Positions 1-317 of a DNA stretch of 317 bases are shown piece by piece; position 1 is the stretch's first letter; every line of letters starts with the position of its first letter. Origin of the DNA: Escherichia coli (GTDB lineage Bacteria > Pseudomonadota > Gammaproteobacteria > Enterobacterales > Enterobacteriaceae); assembly GCF_003334255.1 (NCBI RefSeq), contig NZ_QOWU01000264.1, one strand, 5' to 3'. Under the pieces are notes generated by a model, which was not told the DNA's origin, searched no databases, and worked only from the letters and a program-made list of their open reading frames with translations. A program made the translations under genes and the position numbers.

Positions 1-128
1 GCGGATCAACGCCACCTGTCCAGGCTCCGTGCGTGAAGCCCCCACCACCTCCGGCGTGGATAATGCAACCGGCCCCCGACTGGCAGACACCGCTGAACGG
101 GATTATTTCATCCTCAGAGAGCGGCTGA
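1..128 (+). CDS. Rz1: Rz1-type o-spanin (outer-membrane lipoprotein spanin subunit), C-terminal portion; 5'-partial, embedded in the +1 frame of Rz
   Basis: Frame beginning at position 3 is open to TGA at 126-128. Hand translation: GSTPPVQAPCVKPPPPPAWIMQPAPDWQTPLNGIISSSESG*. The stretch CVKPPPPPAWIMQP.PDWQTPLNGIIS matches the mature C-terminal part of lambda Rz1 as I recall it, including the penta-proline tract and the single periplasmic Cys (codon 30-32). No signal peptide or lipobox is visible in the window, so the start lies upstream. About 11 of the 41 visible residues are Pro, typical of Rz1. Confidence 0.85.
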   Translation, partial: GSTPPVQAPCVKPPPPPAWIMQPAPDWQTPLNGIISSSESG

Positions 129-190
129 TGACGATGCAGAAGCAACTGGAAGGGGCGCAGGAATATATCCGTACTCAGTGCATTAAGTAG
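1..190 (+). CDS. Rz: Rz-type i-spanin (inner-membrane spanin subunit), C-terminal portion; 5'-partial, gene starts upstream of the window
   Basis: Frame beginning at position 2 is open to TAG at 188-190. Hand translation: RINATCPGSVREAPTTSGVDNATGPRLADTAERDYFILRERLMTMQKQLEGAQEYIRTQCIK*. This closely matches the C-terminal region of phage lambda Rz as I recall it (motifs SVREA, SGVDNA, PRLADTAERDYF, LRERL, TMQKQLEG, QC near the C-terminus). Both cysteines known to be conserved in the lambda Rz periplasmic domain are present (codons 17-19 and 179-181). Identity recalled from memory, not searched. Confidence 0.9.
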   Translation, partial: RINATCPGSVREAPTTSGVDNATGPRLADTAERDYFILRERLMTMQKQLEGAQEYIRTQCIK

Positions 191-204
191 TCTTTTTATT
201 ATCC

Positions 205-210
205 GGAGGA
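205..210 (+). promoter_or_regulatory. Shine-Dalgarno / ribosome-binding site for the downstream ORF
   Basis: GGAGGA at 205-210, followed by a 3-nt spacer (tgt) and ATG at 214-216. Spacing is on the short side but acceptable. It lies in the 23-nt gap after the Rz stop. Confidence 0.6.
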
Positions 211-213
211 TGT

Positions 214-317
214 ATGAAGAAATTACTGGTAACCGTAAAACCTTTTCAGGGAACAATTCCGTTCCGTATTTTGCAGCGTGGTCGTGTTCTTGTTGAAGGT
301 TCGTTCAGTGGTAAATG
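214..317 (+). CDS. hypothetical protein, N-terminal portion; 3'-partial, runs off the window end
   Basis: ATG at 214 is preceded by the GGAGGA Shine-Dalgarno. The frame is open for 34 codons to the window end: MKKLLVTVKPFQGTIPFRILQRGRVLVEGSFSGK. MKK is a typical N-terminus. No hydrophobic stretch long enough for a signal peptide, and no lipobox Cys, so it is not Bor-like and is probably cytoplasmic. Same strand as Rz with no convincing terminator between them, so it is probably co-transcribed with the lysis genes. I do not recognise the product. Confidence 0.6.
   Translation, partial: MKKLLVTVKPFQGTIPFRILQRGRVLVEGSFSGK

Noticed and set aside
1-36. Third forward frame (phase 1) open from the window start to TGA at 34-36
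   Set aside because: Only 11 codons before a stop, and the other two forward frames are already explained by Rz and Rz1. No evidence for a third overlapping gene.
11-52. Short repeated ccacc / cacct motifs (11-18 and 41-52)
   Set aside because: A by-product of the Pro/Thr-rich dual-coding sequence. No spacer-repeat periodicity, so not a CRISPR array or a meaningful direct repeat.
172-200. Possible intrinsic terminator: tact (172-175) could pair with agta (186-189), followed by the T-rich tract tcttttt (191-197)
   Set aside because: The stem is only 4 bp, AT-rich, with a 10-nt loop, far too weak for a rho-independent terminator. The T-run is more simply AT-rich spacer before the Shine-Dalgarno. 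Lambdoid late transcripts normally read through this region.
197-202. TATTAT hexamer resembling a sigma-70 -10 element
   Set aside because: No acceptable -35 element at 16-18 bp spacing (ctcagt and tcagtg match TTGACA at 2 or fewer positions). A transcript starting here would begin inside or after the Shine-Dalgarno. Most likely a chance AT-rich match.
2-304. Long antisense open frame on the minus strand, in the same codon register as Rz, with no stop from 304 down to the window start
   Set aside because: No ATG or GTG start in that register within the window, only TTG candidates without a convincing Shine-Dalgarno. It lies entirely antisense to two well-supported genes. Open antisense frames in the same register as a real gene are a common artefact.
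214-317. Downstream ORF as a Bor-like lipoprotein or secreted protein
   Set aside because: After MKK, the hydrophobic run (LLVTV) is only 5 residues and is followed by K-P. There is no h-region or lipobox Cys, and the sequence does not resemble lambda Bor as I recall it.

Overview
This 317-bp window is the 3' end of a lambdoid (lambda-like) phage or prophage lysis cassette, probably from an enterobacterial host. Positions 1-190 (+ strand, codon phase starting at 2) encode the C-terminal 62 residues of an Rz-type inner-membrane spanin, ending at TAG 188-190. Embedded in the +1 frame, positions 1-128 (phase starting at 3) encode the C-terminal 41 residues of the Rz1-type outer-membrane lipoprotein spanin, ending at TGA 126-128 and including the penta-proline tract. 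After a 23-nt spacer carrying a GGAGGA Shine-Dalgarno, a new + strand ORF starts at ATG 214 and runs off the window end (34 codons visible); I do not recognise its product. Nothing here is demonstrably novel: the spanin pair is a well-described system. The only candidate for undescribed biology is the truncated downstream ORF, which sits where lambdoid phages often carry accessory (moron) genes. All homology statements come from my recollection of lambda Rz/Rz1, not from a database search.
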